A DNA stretch of 64,000 bases from Candidatus Lustribacter sp. (GCA_965277805.1 OZ255842.1:1248001-1312000), one strand, 5' to 3'; counted from the first letter of the stretch, positions 9,265-19,725 are shown. Numbers and translations are program-made. The notes: generated by a model from the letters alone, not told the origin.

Positions 9265-11238
9265 CTAGCGCGGCTGGCTGACGACGTCGACGAGTGCGGG
9301 CATTCCGTTTTTCACGACCTTGAGCGCGCGTGCGAGCGCCGGACCGAGCTGATCCGGATTCGAGATCGGTCCTTCGCCGTACACGCCGAACGATTGCGCC
9401 AACTTCGCGAAGTCGATGTTCGGGTTGTTGATCAGCGTGCCGATCGTTGCAGTTTGCGGTTGACGTTCGCGGCGGTTGGCCATGCGCTGAAGATGCATTG
9501 CTTCTTGATGCCACGCACGGTTGTTGTGCACGACGGTGAGCAGCGGAATCTTGTGATGCGCCGCCGTCCAGAGCGAACCCGGCTGCACCATGAAGTCGCC
9601 GTCACCGTTGACGTTGATCGCGTACCGGCCCTGATCGCGCGCGGCGAGCGCTGCACCGACGGCGGCCGGCAATTGGTAGCCGACGCCCGACGCGCCGGAG
9701 CCGCCGTTATAGTGATAGGGCTGATCGAGGTCCCACAGCCGTTGCGGCCACGAACCCATTTGACCGGTCGGCCCCACCATCGAGAACGCATCGCCCTTGA
9801 CGAGATTGTGGATTTCGGCGTACATGCGCGGGAGCGAGATCGGCGAAGCATCCCAACCGAAGCCGGCCGTTGCGATCGCTTCTTGCCGGTGTTTGCTCCA
9901 TGAGTCGGCGAAACGCGCGGCGCGCGCGGTGTTTTGCGCTTTGCGTTCGCTCGTGACCGCGCGGCCGATGGCGTCGATGAGATACGGCAGCGAGGCCTCG
10001 GCGTCGCCGGCGATCGGCATCGTCGGGTTGTAGTAGCGCTGCTGATCTTGGTAGTTACCCTGACCCTGCAAGTACATCGAGTTGATGTGAATCGTCGTCG
10101 TGTTCGGTTTGATCTTCATCACGGATTGGCGAACCGGAAAATCCGGCACGTCGCCGACGACGCTGAAGAAGTCGCCCACTTCGAGTGCGAGAATCACGTC
10201 GGCTTGCGCGATCGTCGCACGGTCGAAGGCCGCGTAGAGATGATGGTTGGTCGGGAAGTTCATCCGGTTGCCGATGTCGACGACCGGGATCTGCAGCGAT
10301 TCGGCGAGCTGGACGAGCAGCGCCATGCCGGCCGGCGTGCGCGCCACGCGATCGGCGACGATGACCGGAGTCTGCGCGCCGACCAGGGCCTTCGCAACAT
10401 CCGCGAGGGCCGCCGGATCGGCCACCGGCGGACGCACCGGAACGAACTTCGGCAGCGGCAATTGTTTGGCGTCATTCGGCATTTCGGCCAAGTCGGCGTC
10501 GACCATGACCAGTGCCGGTTCTTGCACCGGCGTCATTGCGAGCGACGTTGCCTTCATGACTTCTTCGCCGAACGATTGCAGCGACATCGGCGACGCATCG
10601 TATTTCACGTACCCGCGCACGATCTGCGCGACGTCGGTCGCGGTGTGGTACCACTCGACGCCCGGCCGGCGCGTCGAGCCGTCGGCGATGTTGCCGACGA
10701 GGATCAGCATCGGCACGCGATCGGCGTACGCGTTGTAGATGCCCATCGAGGCATGCTGCAAGCCGACGGTGTTGTGCACGATGATCGCCATCGGTTTGTG
10801 CGCCATCTTCGCGTAACCATGGGCCATCGCGGCGGAGATCTCTTCGTGCGTGCACGAGAGCAGCTCGGGCTTCGAGTTGCCGCCGTAATTCGTGATCGAC
10901 TCTTGCAGACCGCGGAACGTCGATCCGGGCATACAGGTGATGTAGTCGAAGCCGACGTGCTTGAGGCAGTCGACCATGTAGTCGGAGCCGGCGTTGTGAA
11001 CGTGCCAGCGATCGATCTCGACGGCCGGCGTGCCGGTCTCTTGCGCGACGAGACGCGGGCCGGGCAAACTTGCGCTGGCGTTCGCGATGTTCGGCACGCT
11101 CGTCGTACTCTGCGGTGCGTCCGCGGCCGCGGCAGCGGCGGAAGCTGGTGCTACACCGGCGGCTGCCGCTCCGGCGCCTCCCGCTGCAATACCCGCAAGG
11201 AAAGCGCGCCGGTCAACACCGGCCTTTTTCTTAGCCAC
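9265..11238 (-). CDS. ThDP-dependent enzyme with twin-arginine signal peptide (copy 1)
   Basis: GTG start with GAGGT RBS; DRRAFLAG Tat motif; HEE; GDGD...HNN. Confidence 0.9.
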   Translation of the reverse strand: MAKKKAGVDRRAFLAGIAAGGAGAAAAGVAPASAAAAAADAPQSTTSVPNIANASASLPGPRLVAQETGTPAVEIDRWHVHNAGSDYMVDCLKHVGFDYITCMPGSTFRGLQESITNYGGNSKPELLSCTHEEISAAMAHGYAKMAHKPMAIIVHNTVGLQHASMGIYNAYADRVPMLILVGNIADGSTRRPGVEWYHTATDVAQIVRGYVKYDASPMSLQSFGEEVMKATSLAMTPVQEPALVMVDADLAEMPNDAKQLPLPKFVPVRPPVADPAALADVAKALVGAQTPVIVADRVARTPAGMALLVQLAESLQIPVVDIGNRMNFPTNHHLYAAFDRATIAQADVILALEVGDFFSVVGDVPDFPVRQSVMKIKPNTTTIHINSMYLQGQGNYQDQQRYYNPTMPIAGDAEASLPYLIDAIGRAVTSERKAQNTARAARFADSWSKHRQEAIATAGFGWDASPISLPRMYAEIHNLVKGDAFSMVGPTGQMGSWPQRLWDLDQPYHYNGGSGASGVGYQLPAAVGAALAARDQGRYAINVNGDGDFMVQPGSLWTAAHHKIPLLTVVHNNRAWHQEAMHLQRMANRRERQPQTATIGTLINNPNIDFAKLAQSFGVYGEGPISNPDQLGPALARALKVVKNGMPALVDVVSQPR

Positions 11239-11316
11239 TAAGCACCTCGTGAAGTTACGGAGACGTCTTTTCGGGACTCATTTCCGCGGAATCACGCGAT
11301 GCCTGCAAACGGGTTA

Positions 11317-12708
11317 TTACTTACTCGGTCCGACCCAGACGGTTTGGATGTTCATGAACTCGCGGATGCCGAGATAGGAGAGCTCGCGCCCGTAGCCGCT
11401 GTGCTTCACGCCGCCGAACGGCAGCCGCGGATCCGACGCCGTCATGCCGTTGATGAACACCGCGCCCGATTCGATGCGCCGTGCAAGTTGTTTGCCGCGT
11501 TCGACGTCGCCGGTCCATAACGCGCCGCCCAAGCCGAAGGTCGAGTCATTGGCTAAAACGACAGCGTGTTCGGCGTCACGCGCGCGGATGACGGCGGCGA
11601 CCGGACCGAACGTCTCTTCCCGGAAGACCGGCATCGTGTCGTCGACGTCGACCAGCACCGTCGGTTCGAAGAACGCCCCCGGACGGCCAGGTGCGGAGCC
11701 GCCGAGCACGACACGCGCGCCCTTTTTCACCGAGCCCTCGATCTGCTTCACCAAGTCGTCGCGCAGATCGGTCCTGGCGAGCGGACCCATCGCGGTTTTC
11801 CGGTCCTCGGGGTCGCCGGTCGTGTAGGCTTTCGATTCTTCGACGAACGCGGCGACGAAGCGGTCGTAGACCGCGTCTTCCACGATGAAGCGCTTGGCGC
11901 AAATGCAACTCTGGCCCGCGTTCTGAAAACGCGCTTTGGCCGCGGTCTTCGCGGCCGCCGGAATGTCGGCGTCGGCCAGGACGATGAAGGCATCGGAGCC
12001 GCCCAGTTCGAGCACGTGCTTCTTGAGCGCGCGGCCGCTTTCACTTGCGACCGAGACGCCCGCCGGTTCGCTGCCGGTGATCGTCACCGCGGCGATGCGG
12101 TCGTCGGCGATCAGGCGCTTGACCTCGGCCCCGGGCACGATCACGGTGGCGAAGATGCCGGGCGGGAAGCCCGACTCGCGGAACGTCTCCTCGATGTCGA
12201 GCGCGCAGCGGGTCACGTTGCTGGCGTGCTTGAGGATGCCGCCGTTACCCGCCATCAGGGCGGGGGCTGCGAAACGGAAGACTTGCCAGTAGGGGAAGTT
12301 CCAGGGCATGACCGCCAGCACGACCCCCAGCGGCTGGTAGGCGATATAGCTGTCCGTTGCGGTCGAAGCGATGTGCTCGTCGGCCAGAAACTTCTCGGCG
12401 TTGTCGGCGTAGAATTCGCACGCCCAGGCGCACTTCTCGACCTCGGCCTCGGCGTCGCCGATCGGCTTGCCCATCTCGCGGGTGGCGTTGAGGGCAAAGC
12501 GAGCTTTGTTCTCCCGCAGGTAGCCGGCGGCGCGCTTCATTAAAGCGCCGCGCTCGGCGAACGAGCGCCGCGACCACTCGCGCTGAGCGGCCACCGCCCC
12601 ATCGAGACGGGCCCCGATCTCAGCTTCGGTATGGAGGGCGAACGATTCTAGCTTGGCCCCGGTCGCGGGGTTGATGGAGTCGACGGTCTTCGGCTGCGCT
12701 GCGATCAT
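11317..12708 (-). CDS. NAD(P)-dependent aldehyde dehydrogenase, succinate-semialdehyde dehydrogenase (GabD1/Sad) type
   Basis: MPWNFP, LELGGSD, NAGQSCICAKR, EETFGP, PFGGVKHSGYGRE. Confidence 0.92.
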   Translation of the reverse strand: MIAAQPKTVDSINPATGAKLESFALHTEAEIGARLDGAVAAQREWSRRSFAERGALMKRAAGYLRENKARFALNATREMGKPIGDAEAEVEKCAWACEFYADNAEKFLADEHIASTATDSYIAYQPLGVVLAVMPWNFPYWQVFRFAAPALMAGNGGILKHASNVTRCALDIEETFRESGFPPGIFATVIVPGAEVKRLIADDRIAAVTITGSEPAGVSVASESGRALKKHVLELGGSDAFIVLADADIPAAAKTAAKARFQNAGQSCICAKRFIVEDAVYDRFVAAFVEESKAYTTGDPEDRKTAMGPLARTDLRDDLVKQIEGSVKKGARVVLGGSAPGRPGAFFEPTVLVDVDDTMPVFREETFGPVAAVIRARDAEHAVVLANDSTFGLGGALWTGDVERGKQLARRIESGAVFINGMTASDPRLPFGGVKHSGYGRELSYLGIREFMNIQTVWVGPSK

Positions 12709-12722
12709 AACGCCATTCTGCT

Positions 12723-12800
12723 ATGTCATCCCGAGCTTGTCGAGGGACCGCCGCAATTGCCGTCGCTGGGTGGCTGCCCCTCGACAAGCTCGGGTGACAT
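12723..12800. repeat. REP/REPIN-like extragenic palindromic element
   Basis: ATGTCATCCCGAGCTTGTCGAGGG ... CCCTCGACAAGCTCGGGTGACAT: ~23-bp near-perfect inverted arms (one bulge) around a ~30-nt spacer. Confidence 0.75.
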
Positions 12801-12837
12801 GGAACGCCCGGTACCGTGGAACGATACGTCTCCAGGT

Positions 12838-12866
12838 TTGACTTTCTGGCCTCGTGTTGGTATCAT
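12838..12866 (+). promoter_or_regulatory. Sigma70-type promoter for the rplC-rpsM operon
   Basis: TTGACT-N17-TATCAT with TG extended -10. Confidence 0.8.
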
Positions 12867-12872
12867 CTGGCG

Positions 12873-12960
12873 GTTGTGGTCCACGCCGGCCGCGGTACTT
12901 TGCCGTGGCCGACGGAAAGCGTAGTCGATACGCCAGGACCCGTGGACTTCCTAGAGGCGA
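12873..12960 (+). promoter_or_regulatory. Structured 5' leader of rplC; candidate ribosomal-protein autoregulatory RNA
   Basis: GTCCACG(12879-85)/CGTGGAC(12941-47) closes a multibranch containing CGGCCGCGGTA/TGCCGTGGCCG; lies just upstream of the GAGG RBS. Confidence 0.5.
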
Positions 12961-12968
12961 TAACGACG

Positions 12969-13616
12969 ATGAAGAACATCATCGGCCGCAAGGTCGGGAT
13001 GACGAGTGTGTTCACAGCCGATGGGCGCTACGTACCGGTGACGGTAATCGAAGCGGGCCCGTGTACGGTCGTGCAGCGCAAGACGAAAGATACCGATGGC
13101 TACGAAGCCGTCGCGCTCGCCTTCGGCGACGTTAAGAAGTCGCGGGTTACGCGCGCGCTGGCCGGACATTATAAGAAGGCCGGCGTCGAACCGAAGCGCG
13201 ACATCCGCGAGTTTCGCACCGAACTCGAAGGGCTCGACGTCGGCACCGCCGTCACCGTCGAATCGTTCATCGAGGGCGATCGCGTCGACGTGCAAGCCAC
13301 GTCGAAGGGCCACGGCTTCGCCGGCGGCATCAAGCGCCACAACTTCAGCGGCGGCGGCGCGAGCCACGGCTCGATGATCCACCGTCAGCCTGGTTCGAAC
13401 GGCGACACCAACGCCGGTCACACGCCCAAGGGCAGCCGCCGTCCGGGTCACTACGGCGTCGACACCATCACCCATCAGAATCTCGAGATCGTGCGCGCCG
13501 ACGTGGAGCGCAATTTGCTGCTCGTGCGCGGGCCCGTTCCCGGTCCGAAGAACGGGCTCGTCATCGTGACTCACTCGGTCAAGGCCGGCAAGTACCCCGT
13601 TAAGGAAAGCGCCTGA
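12969..13616 (+). CDS. rplC: 50S ribosomal protein L3
   Basis: IGRKVGMT, PVTVIEAGPC, KGHGFAGGIKRHNF; ATG 12969 after GAGG. Confidence 0.98.
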   Translation: MKNIIGRKVGMTSVFTADGRYVPVTVIEAGPCTVVQRKTKDTDGYEAVALAFGDVKKSRVTRALAGHYKKAGVEPKRDIREFRTELEGLDVGTAVTVESFIEGDRVDVQATSKGHGFAGGIKRHNFSGGGASHGSMIHRQPGSNGDTNAGHTPKGSRRPGHYGVDTITHQNLEIVRADVERNLLLVRGPVPGPKNGLVIVTHSVKAGKYPVKESA

Positions 13617-14281
13617 TGCCGCAAGTAATCGATGCGCAGGGCAAAGCCCTCAAAGACATCGCCGTTCCGGACGCCTTCGCGGGCAACGTGTCGGGCAAGA
13701 CCAACGCGATCTTCCGCGCCGTCTTCCGCGAACTCGCCAGCCCCCGCGCCGGCACGCACTCGACGCTCAAGCGCGACGAAGTGCGCGGCGGCGGCCGCAA
13801 GCCCTGGAAGCAAAAGGGCACCGGCCGCGCCCGTCAGGGTTCGATCCGTTCACCGCAGTGGCGTCACGGCGGCGTGGTCTTCGGGCCGCAGCCGCGCAGC
13901 TACGTCAGCGCGCTCAACAAGAAAGAGCGCAAGGCCGCGCTGCTCGCCGCCCTGTCCGATAAGTACCAGAACGGTTCGGTCACGCTGCTCCAAACGGAAA
14001 AGCTCGACCTGAAGAAGACCAAAGATTTTGCCGTGCTGCTGTTCGGTTCGCCGAAGGCCGCCAAGACCGGCGTGCGCACGCTGGTCGTGTTCGCCGAGAG
14101 CGAACTGGCGAGCGTCGGTGAAACGCTGGCGCGCACCGGCAACAACCTCACGCAAGTCGGCGTGACGCACACCGGCGCGCTCGACATCAAAGACATCGTC
14201 GGTTACACGCGGCTGGTGGTCACCGCCGCTGCGAACGATGCGCTGATCGCCCGCTTCGCAAAAACGGAGAAGTCCGCATGA
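13616..14281 (+). CDS. rplD: 50S ribosomal protein L4
   Basis: RGGGRKPWKQKGTGRARQGSIRSPQWRHGG. Confidence 0.98.
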   Translation: MPQVIDAQGKALKDIAVPDAFAGNVSGKTNAIFRAVFRELASPRAGTHSTLKRDEVRGGGRKPWKQKGTGRARQGSIRSPQWRHGGVVFGPQPRSYVSALNKKERKAALLAALSDKYQNGSVTLLQTEKLDLKKTKDFAVLLFGSPKAAKTGVRTLVVFAESELASVGETLARTGNNLTQVGVTHTGALDIKDIVGYTRLVVTAAANDALIARFAKTEKSA

Positions 14282-14586
14282 CCTCGCGCGATATTATCGT
14301 GGCGCCGGTGATCACCGAGAAATCGATGGCCGGCACCGCGTTTCAGCAGTATGCCTTCGAAGTCGCCAAGAGCGCCTCGAAGACGCAGATCAAGTCCGCT
14401 ATCCACGAGATCTTCAAGGTCGACGTCATCAAGATCAATACGGTCAACGTGCTCGGCAAGTCGAAGAATTTCGCGCGCCGCGGCGCGCGCACGTCCGGCA
14501 AGCAGTCGGACTGGAAGAAAGCCATTGTCACCCTTGCGCCGGGCCAAAAAATCGAGCTCGGCGGCGTCAATTATTTTGAGCAATAA
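14278..14586 (+). CDS. rplW: 50S ribosomal protein L23
   Basis: PVITEKS, KKAIVTL; operon position. Confidence 0.97.
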   Translation: MTSRDIIVAPVITEKSMAGTAFQQYAFEVAKSASKTQIKSAIHEIFKVDVIKINTVNVLGKSKNFARRGARTSGKQSDWKKAIVTLAPGQKIELGGVNYFEQ

Positions 14587-14588
14587 CA

Positions 14589-15416
14589 ATGGCCGTTAAG
14601 AAGTACAAGCCGACCAGCGCCGGGCGCCGCTTCATCACCACCGCCGATTTCAGCGGGGTCTCCAAAAAGGATCCTGAGAAGTCGCTGCTCGAGGTCAAGA
14701 AGAAGCATTCGGGCCGCAACAACAACGGCCACATCACGACGCGCCATAAGGGCGGCGGCACGCGCAAGCAGTACCGCATCATCGACTTCAAGCGCTCGAA
14801 GGACACCGTGCCGGCGAAGGTCGCGGCGATCGAATACGATCCCAACCGCACCGCCCGCATCGCGCTGCTCCACTACCGCGACGGCGAGAAGCGCTATATC
14901 TTGGCGCCCGTCGGTCTCGAGGTCGGCGCGGTCGTCGTCTCGGGTTCGGATGCCGACATCAAGATCGGCAACGCGCTGCCGCTGGCGAACATTCCGCTCG
15001 GTACGGTCATCCACAACATCGAACTGCGGCCCGGTGAAGGCGGCAAGCTCGTCCGCTCGGCCGGCTCGTCGGCGCAGCTGATGGCCAAAGAGGGCCAATA
15101 CGCGCAAGTCCGCATGCCGTCGGGTGAAGTGCGCAAGATTCAAGTCGTGTGCCGCGCGACCATCGGTCAACTCGGCAACCTCGATCACGAAAACGAAGTG
15201 ATCGGTAAAGCCGGCCGCCAGCGCCATCTCGGCAAGCGTCCGTCGGTTCGCGGTATCGCGATGAACCCGGTCGACCATCCGCACGGCGGCGGCGAAGCGC
15301 GCTCCACGTCCGGACGTCCGCCGACCACGCCGTGGGGCCAGATGACGATGGGCAAAAAGACGCGCCGCAACAAGCGCACGGCCAACATGATCGTCCGCAA
15401 GCGGAAGGGCAAGTAG
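14589..15416 (+). CDS. rplB: 50S ribosomal protein L2
   Basis: [25 protein letters not shown]. Confidence 0.99.
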   Translation: MAVKKYKPTSAGRRFITTADFSGVSKKDPEKSLLEVKKKHSGRNNNGHITTRHKGGGTRKQYRIIDFKRSKDTVPAKVAAIEYDPNRTARIALLHYRDGEKRYILAPVGLEVGAVVVSGSDADIKIGNALPLANIPLGTVIHNIELRPGEGGKLVRSAGSSAQLMAKEGQYAQVRMPSGEVRKIQVVCRATIGQLGNLDHENEVIGKAGRQRHLGKRPSVRGIAMNPVDHPHGGGEARSTSGRPPTTPWGQMTMGKKTRRNKRTANMIVRKRKGK

Positions 15417-15417
15417 C

Positions 15418-15693
15418 ATGGGACGCAGTCTGAAGAAAGGCCCGTTCGTCGCGGACCATCTTCTCGCCAAAGTCGAGAAGATGAATTCCACGCGCGAGAA
15501 AAAGGTCATCAAGACCTGGTCGCGTTCGTCGACGATCGTGCCGCAAATGGTCGGTCACACGATCAGCGTACACAACGGCAAGGCGCACATCCCGGTGTTC
15601 ATCACCGAGAACATGGTCGGGCACAAGCTCGGCGAGTTCTCGCCGACGCGCATCTTCAAGGGACACGCCGGCGACAAGGCGGCGGTGAAGTAG
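15418..15693 (+). CDS. rpsS: 30S ribosomal protein S19
   Basis: [23 protein letters not shown]. Confidence 0.99.
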   Translation: MGRSLKKGPFVADHLLAKVEKMNSTREKKVIKTWSRSSTIVPQMVGHTISVHNGKAHIPVFITENMVGHKLGEFSPTRIFKGHAGDKAAVK

Positions 15694-15694
15694 C

Positions 15695-16227
15695 ATGACT
15701 GCCGTAGCCGAACGGCCGCAAACCGCGGTCGCACATCTCAAGTTCGCCCGCATGGGCCCGCGCAAACTGCGCCGCGTCGCCGATGCGATCCGCGGCAAGT
15801 CCGTGCGCGAAGCGCTCGTGCTGCTGCAATTCGCCGGCGTGTTCGCATCCGAACCGCTGGAGAAGCTGCTCAAGTCGGCCGTTGCCAACGCCGAGAACAA
15901 CCACAACATGTCGAGCGACGGTCTCTTCATCACGAAGATCACCGTCGACAGCGGACCGGGCGGCGGCATCACCAAGCGCCTGGATCCGCGCGCTCAAGGC
16001 CGCGCCAACTTCAAGCGCAAGCGCATGTCGCACGTGACAATCGCCGTCGGCGCAACGCCGCCGAAGCGTCAGCCGCGCCAGCGCGCCGGTGCTGCGATCG
16101 CGCTCTCGACCGTCGAATCGCGCCGCGCCCAAGCTGCGTCGGCCAAGCCCACCACGTCGCGTAAGAAGAAAGCCGCTCAACCCTCTGCCCAGTCGCAGAT
16201 CGAGCCGCCGTTGGGAGCCTCTGAATA

Positions 16228-16228
<1 letters not shown>
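15695..16228 (+). CDS. rplV: 50S ribosomal protein L22 with C-terminal extension
   Basis: [32 protein letters not shown]; extra ~55 aa basic/Ala-rich tail. Confidence 0.97.
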
Positions 16229-17273
<1,045 letters not shown>

Positions 17274-17274
<1 letters not shown>

Positions 17275-17702
17275 TGTTGACACCTAAGCGCGTCAAATGG
17301 CGCCGTCAGCATCGTGGCCGCATGCGCGGCAAAGCGCTCGTCGGCAACACGCTGACGTTCGGCGAATACGGTCTGCAAGCGCTCGAACCGGTTTGGATGA
17401 CCAACCGGCAAATCGAAGCGGCGCGTATCGCGATGACCCGCCACATTAAACGCGGCGGCAAGGTCTGGATCAAGATTTTCCCCGACAAGTCGGTGACGAA
17501 GAAGCCCGCCGAAGTCCGCATGGGTTCCGGTAAGGGTAACCCCGAGTTCTGGGTCGCCGTCGTGCGCCCGGGCCGGATCATGTTCGAACTGGCCGGCGTG
17601 GAAGAGAAAGTCGCGCGTGAGGCGTTGCGCCTCGCCGCCAACAAGCTGCCGATCGCGACCAAGGTCGTGACGCGTGCGGACGAAGCGGCGGTGTCGGCAT
17701 GA
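17274..17702 (+). CDS. rplP: 50S ribosomal protein L16
   Basis: [19 protein letters not shown]. Confidence 0.99.
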
Positions 17703-17920
17703 AACGCAGCGATCTGCGCAGCCTGCGCGAGCTGACCATCGGTGAGCTCGAAGTCAAGGCCCGCGAAACCAAGGAAGAACTGTTCAACTTGCGCTTTGCG
17801 CTCCGTACCGGCCATCTTTCGGATTTCTCGAAAGTGAAAGCCGCGCGCCGCAGCTACGCGCAAATCCAAACCGCGATCTCCGAGAAGAAGATCGTTGAGG
17901 CACGTCATGGAGCAGCCTAG
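17699..17920 (+). CDS. rpmC: 50S ribosomal protein L29
   Basis: KEELFNLRF; position between rplP and rpsQ. Confidence 0.95.
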   Translation: MKRSDLRSLRELTIGELEVKARETKEELFNLRFALRTGHLSDFSKVKAARRSYAQIQTAISEKKIVEARHGAA

Positions 17921-18200
17921 TACCGTGGACGCCGCGACGTCCGAGCGCTCGCGTAACCGCCGCCGCATCAAGCAGGGGCGCGTCGCGAGCAACAAGATGG
18001 ACAAGACGATCGTCGTCGTGGCCGAAACCCGCGTTCCGCATCCGGTCTACAAAAAAGTCGTCCGGCAGTCGCGGCGTTTCAAGGCGCATGACGAGCAGAA
18101 CACCGCCGGCATCGGCGATCTCGTCCGCATCCAAGAGTGCCGTCCGTATTCCAAAGAGAAGCGCTGGCGCTTGCTCGAGATCGTGGAGCGTGCCAAGTGA
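17907..18200 (+). CDS. rpsQ: 30S ribosomal protein S17
   Basis: [35 protein letters not shown] 17907 after GAGG. Confidence 0.97.
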   Translation: MEQPSTVDAATSERSRNRRRIKQGRVASNKMDKTIVVVAETRVPHPVYKKVVRQSRRFKAHDEQNTAGIGDLVRIQECRPYSKEKRWRLLEIVERAK

Positions 18201-18574
18201 TTCAGCAAGAAACGCGGCTCAAGGTCGCCGATAACAGCGGCGCGCGCGAGCTGCTCTGCATCCACGTGTCCGGCGGCAGCCGGCATCAGTACGCCTTCGT
18301 CGGCGACATCATCGTCGGGACCGTCAAGTCGGCGATCCCCGGTGCGGCCGTCAAGAAGGGCCAAGTCGTCAAGGCCGTCGTCGTGCGCACGTCGCAGCCG
18401 ATGCGCCGTCCCGACGGCTCGGTCATCAAGTTCGACGACAACGCGTGCGTCATCATCAAGGGCGAGAAAGACAACCTCGATCCGCGCGGTACGCGCGTGT
18501 TCGGGCCCGTCTGCCGCGAGCTCCGCGATCGCGGATTCCTCAAGATCGCGTCCTTGGCGCCTGAGGTTCTGTAG
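18197..18574 (+). CDS. rplN: 50S ribosomal protein L14
   Basis: GTG start overlapping rpsQ stop; [22 protein letters not shown]. Confidence 0.98.
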   Translation: MIQQETRLKVADNSGARELLCIHVSGGSRHQYAFVGDIIVGTVKSAIPGAAVKKGQVVKAVVVRTSQPMRRPDGSVIKFDDNACVIIKGEKDNLDPRGTRVFGPVCRELRDRGFLKIASLAPEVL

Positions 18575-18576
18575 CG

Positions 18577-18945
18577 ATGGCCAAAGCACACATCGATTAC
18601 TCCATCCGGAAACCGAAGATCGTGTCGGGCGATACCGTCATGCTCCGGCGCGGTAAGGAGAAGGGCAAACGCGGCATCGTCAAAGCCGTGTTCCCGAAGG
18701 ACGGCAACGCGACCGTTGAGGGCCTCAACGTCGTGAAGCGTCACACCAAGCAAGGTCAGGACGGCTCGCGTTCGGGCGGCATTTTCGAAAAGGAAGCGCC
18801 GATTCCGCTGGGTGCCCTCCAAGTGATCGATCCCAAGACGAACGCGCCGACGCGCGTGCGCCGCATCCGGCAGAACGACGGCACCTCTGTGCGCGTCGCG
18901 AAGTCGGGCGAACAATTGCTCGTGCCGCAGAAGGCCGGGAAGTAA
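18577..18945 (+). CDS. rplX: 50S ribosomal protein L24
   Basis: GDTV..GKEKGKRG KOW motif, VEGLNVVKRH, EKEAPI. Confidence 0.96.
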   Translation: MAKAHIDYSIRKPKIVSGDTVMLRRGKEKGKRGIVKAVFPKDGNATVEGLNVVKRHTKQGQDGSRSGGIFEKEAPIPLGALQVIDPKTNAPTRVRRIRQNDGTSVRVAKSGEQLLVPQKAGK

Positions 18946-18951
18946 GTCACG

Positions 18952-19530
18952 ATGCCAACCGAGTTGCGCCTCAAAGAGAAGTACAAGACCCAAGTGGCGC
19001 CGCAGCTGAAAGAAAAATTCGGCTACAAGAACGTCCACCAGATCCCGAAATTCGACAAGGTCGTCATCAACATGTCGGTGACCGACGCGATCTCGAATTC
19101 CAAGGCTCTGGACGTTGCGCTGCAAGAGCTGCAGACGATCTCGGGCCAAAAGCCCGTGATCACCAAAGCGAAGAAATCCATCGCGGCGTTCAAGCTGCGC
19201 GAGGGGATGAACATCGGCGGTAAGGTCACGCTGCGCGGCGAGCGCATGTACGTGTTCCTCGACAAGCTGTTCAACATCGTGCTGCCGCGCATTCGCGACT
19301 TCCGCGGTCTCTCGCGCAAGTCGTTCGACGGACGCGGCAACTACAACATGGGCCTCAAAGAGCAGCTCGTGTTCCCGGAGATCAACTTCGACAAGGTCGA
19401 CAAGGCGCGCGGCATGGACATCGTGATCGTGACGACGGCTAAAAACGACGAAGAAGCGACGGCGTTCCTCGAATCGATGGGACTGCCACTACAAAAAGGC
19501 CCTGGTGAACGTGTGGGGATCGCAAGCTAA
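18952..19530 (+). CDS. rplE: 50S ribosomal protein L5
   Basis: [31 protein letters not shown]. Confidence 0.99.
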   Translation: MPTELRLKEKYKTQVAPQLKEKFGYKNVHQIPKFDKVVINMSVTDAISNSKALDVALQELQTISGQKPVITKAKKSIAAFKLREGMNIGGKVTLRGERMYVFLDKLFNIVLPRIRDFRGLSRKSFDGRGNYNMGLKEQLVFPEINFDKVDKARGMDIVIVTTAKNDEEATAFLESMGLPLQKGPGERVGIAS

Positions 19531-19715
19531 TGGCTAAGACCAGTTCGATCGAGCAATCCAAGCTCAAGCCGAAATTCGCGGTGCGCGGGCACAACCGTTG
19601 CCGCGTCTGCGGCCGGCCGCGCGGCTATCTGCGCAAGTTCGCCATGTGCCGTATTTGCTTCCGCGAAAACGCGCACCGCGGTTTCATTCCCGGTATCACC
19701 AAGGCTTCGTGGTAG
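19530..19715 (+). CDS. rpsN: 30S ribosomal protein S14, zinc-binding 61-aa type
   Basis: [10 protein letters not shown]...CRICFRE two CxxC motifs. Confidence 0.98.
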   Translation: MAKTSSIEQSKLKPKFAVRGHNRCRVCGRPRGYLRKFAMCRICFRENAHRGFIPGITKASW

Positions 19716-19725
19716 AGAGTAGACG

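Larger units (their letters stand above)
6460..11238 (-). repeat. Tandem duplication of a two-gene module (Tat-ThDP enzyme + cytochrome c)
   Basis: Units 8843-11238 and 6460-8831 share long identical peptides (RWHVHNAGSDYMVDC, TCMPGSTFRGLQESITNYGGN, TRRPGVEWYHTATDVA, GCYECHGTVGQGN) with divergent intervening sequence. Confidence 0.95.

Noticed and set aside
11239-11316. TPP riboswitch upstream of the ThDP-enzyme genes
   Set aside because: Gap is short and lacks the CUGAGA and CCUGA/AGGGA signatures
4272-12968. Genomic island or mobile element as the cause of the rpsJ/rplC break (likewise 25321-34581)
   Set aside because: No integrase/transposase, att-like direct repeats or obvious compositional shift seen
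12816-12968. N-terminal extension of L3 suggested by the ORF track (also the extended starts at 9514, 29680, 28166, 36941, 38712, 45939, 46886, 49610)
   Set aside because: These overlap promoters or neighbouring genes; family homology and RBS positions support downstream starts
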